A stretch of DNA of 64,000 bases from Candidatus Staskawiczbacteria bacterium RIFCSPHIGHO2_02_FULL_42_22 (GTDB taxonomy: Bacteria; Patescibacteriota; Minisyncoccia; Minisyncoccales; Staskawiczbacteraceae). Within the stretch, counting starts at the first letter, position 1. Every line of letters starts with the position of its first letter. Shown here piece by piece: positions 63,922 through 64,000 of the stretch. Made by a program: the position numbers and the translations under genes. The notes under the pieces were generated by a model, which did not search any database, was not told the origin of the DNA, and worked only from the letters and a program-made list of their open reading frames with translations. Where the stretch lies: assembly GCA_001820175.1 (NCBI GenBank), contig MHOT01000012.1, positions 124-64,123 on the forward strand, written 5' to 3'.

Positions 63922-64000
63922 TGTCATTGCGAGCGGCGGCCAGTGGGCCGCCGCGTGGCAATCTCGTCCAATAACAGACCTGTCCCTAAATAAGATTTTA
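63922..64000. repeat. GC-rich element followed by start of another family-C element
   Basis: gtcattgcgagcggcggccagtgggccgccgcgtggcaatctcg, then gacctgtccctaaataag (same terminus as the copy at 28062). Confidence 0.5.

Noticed and set aside
1-64000. tRNA and rRNA genes
   Set aside because: I scanned intergenic spaces for T-loop (GTTCGAATC-like) and acceptor features. Apart from the tmRNA I found only repeat-derived look-alikes (e.g. gggttcgaaaccc inside a repeat at 13430). A proper tRNA scan is still needed.

Overview
This window is low-GC and gene-dense, with AT-rich genes and many small GC-rich palindromic insertions. That pattern, and the gene content, resemble a reduced Patescibacteria/CPR-type bacterial genome, but the taxonomy is inference. 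Housekeeping content is clear. There is a classic replication-origin neighbourhood (rpmH-rnpA-yidC-jag on the minus strand, diverging from dnaA and then dnaN). DNA repair and recombination genes are ruvC, ruvB, ruvA, uvrB, mutM, polX, ogt and a 5'-3' exonuclease. Translation genes are infC-rpmI-rplT, rpsT, tsaE, greA and smpB followed by a tmRNA gene. Cell-wall genes are PBP1A and murE. The most unusual part is 35..13414. It is a type-IV-secretion-like locus with VirB6-like, VirB3-like and VirB4 genes. Its final gene is a 1546-aa protein whose N-terminus looks like a VirB2/TrbC pilin and whose remainder is a cysteine-rich, repeat-rich extracellular region. Three of its four proximal gene junctions (all except VirB6-like/2645 ORF) are occupied by AT-rich inverted-repeat cassettes, each carrying a four-helix-bundle (PF05635/Avd-like) gene. 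One cassette sits exactly where VirB4 is divided into two ORFs. The window also holds at least four small non-autonomous repeat families. One is a GC-rich GTCATTGCGAGG...CCTCGCAATGAC nested-hairpin family with more than 25 copies. Another is a TA-flanked 180-190-bp element with 27-bp TIRs, and a third is a ~160-bp element with a conserved core and co-varying termini. Four GC-rich element copies lie in frame inside essential genes: tsaE, uvrB, smpB, and the yidC 3' end. An IS1595-like IS and two family-C elements are nested inside GC-rich elements. No rRNA, tRNA or CRISPR array was found by eye.
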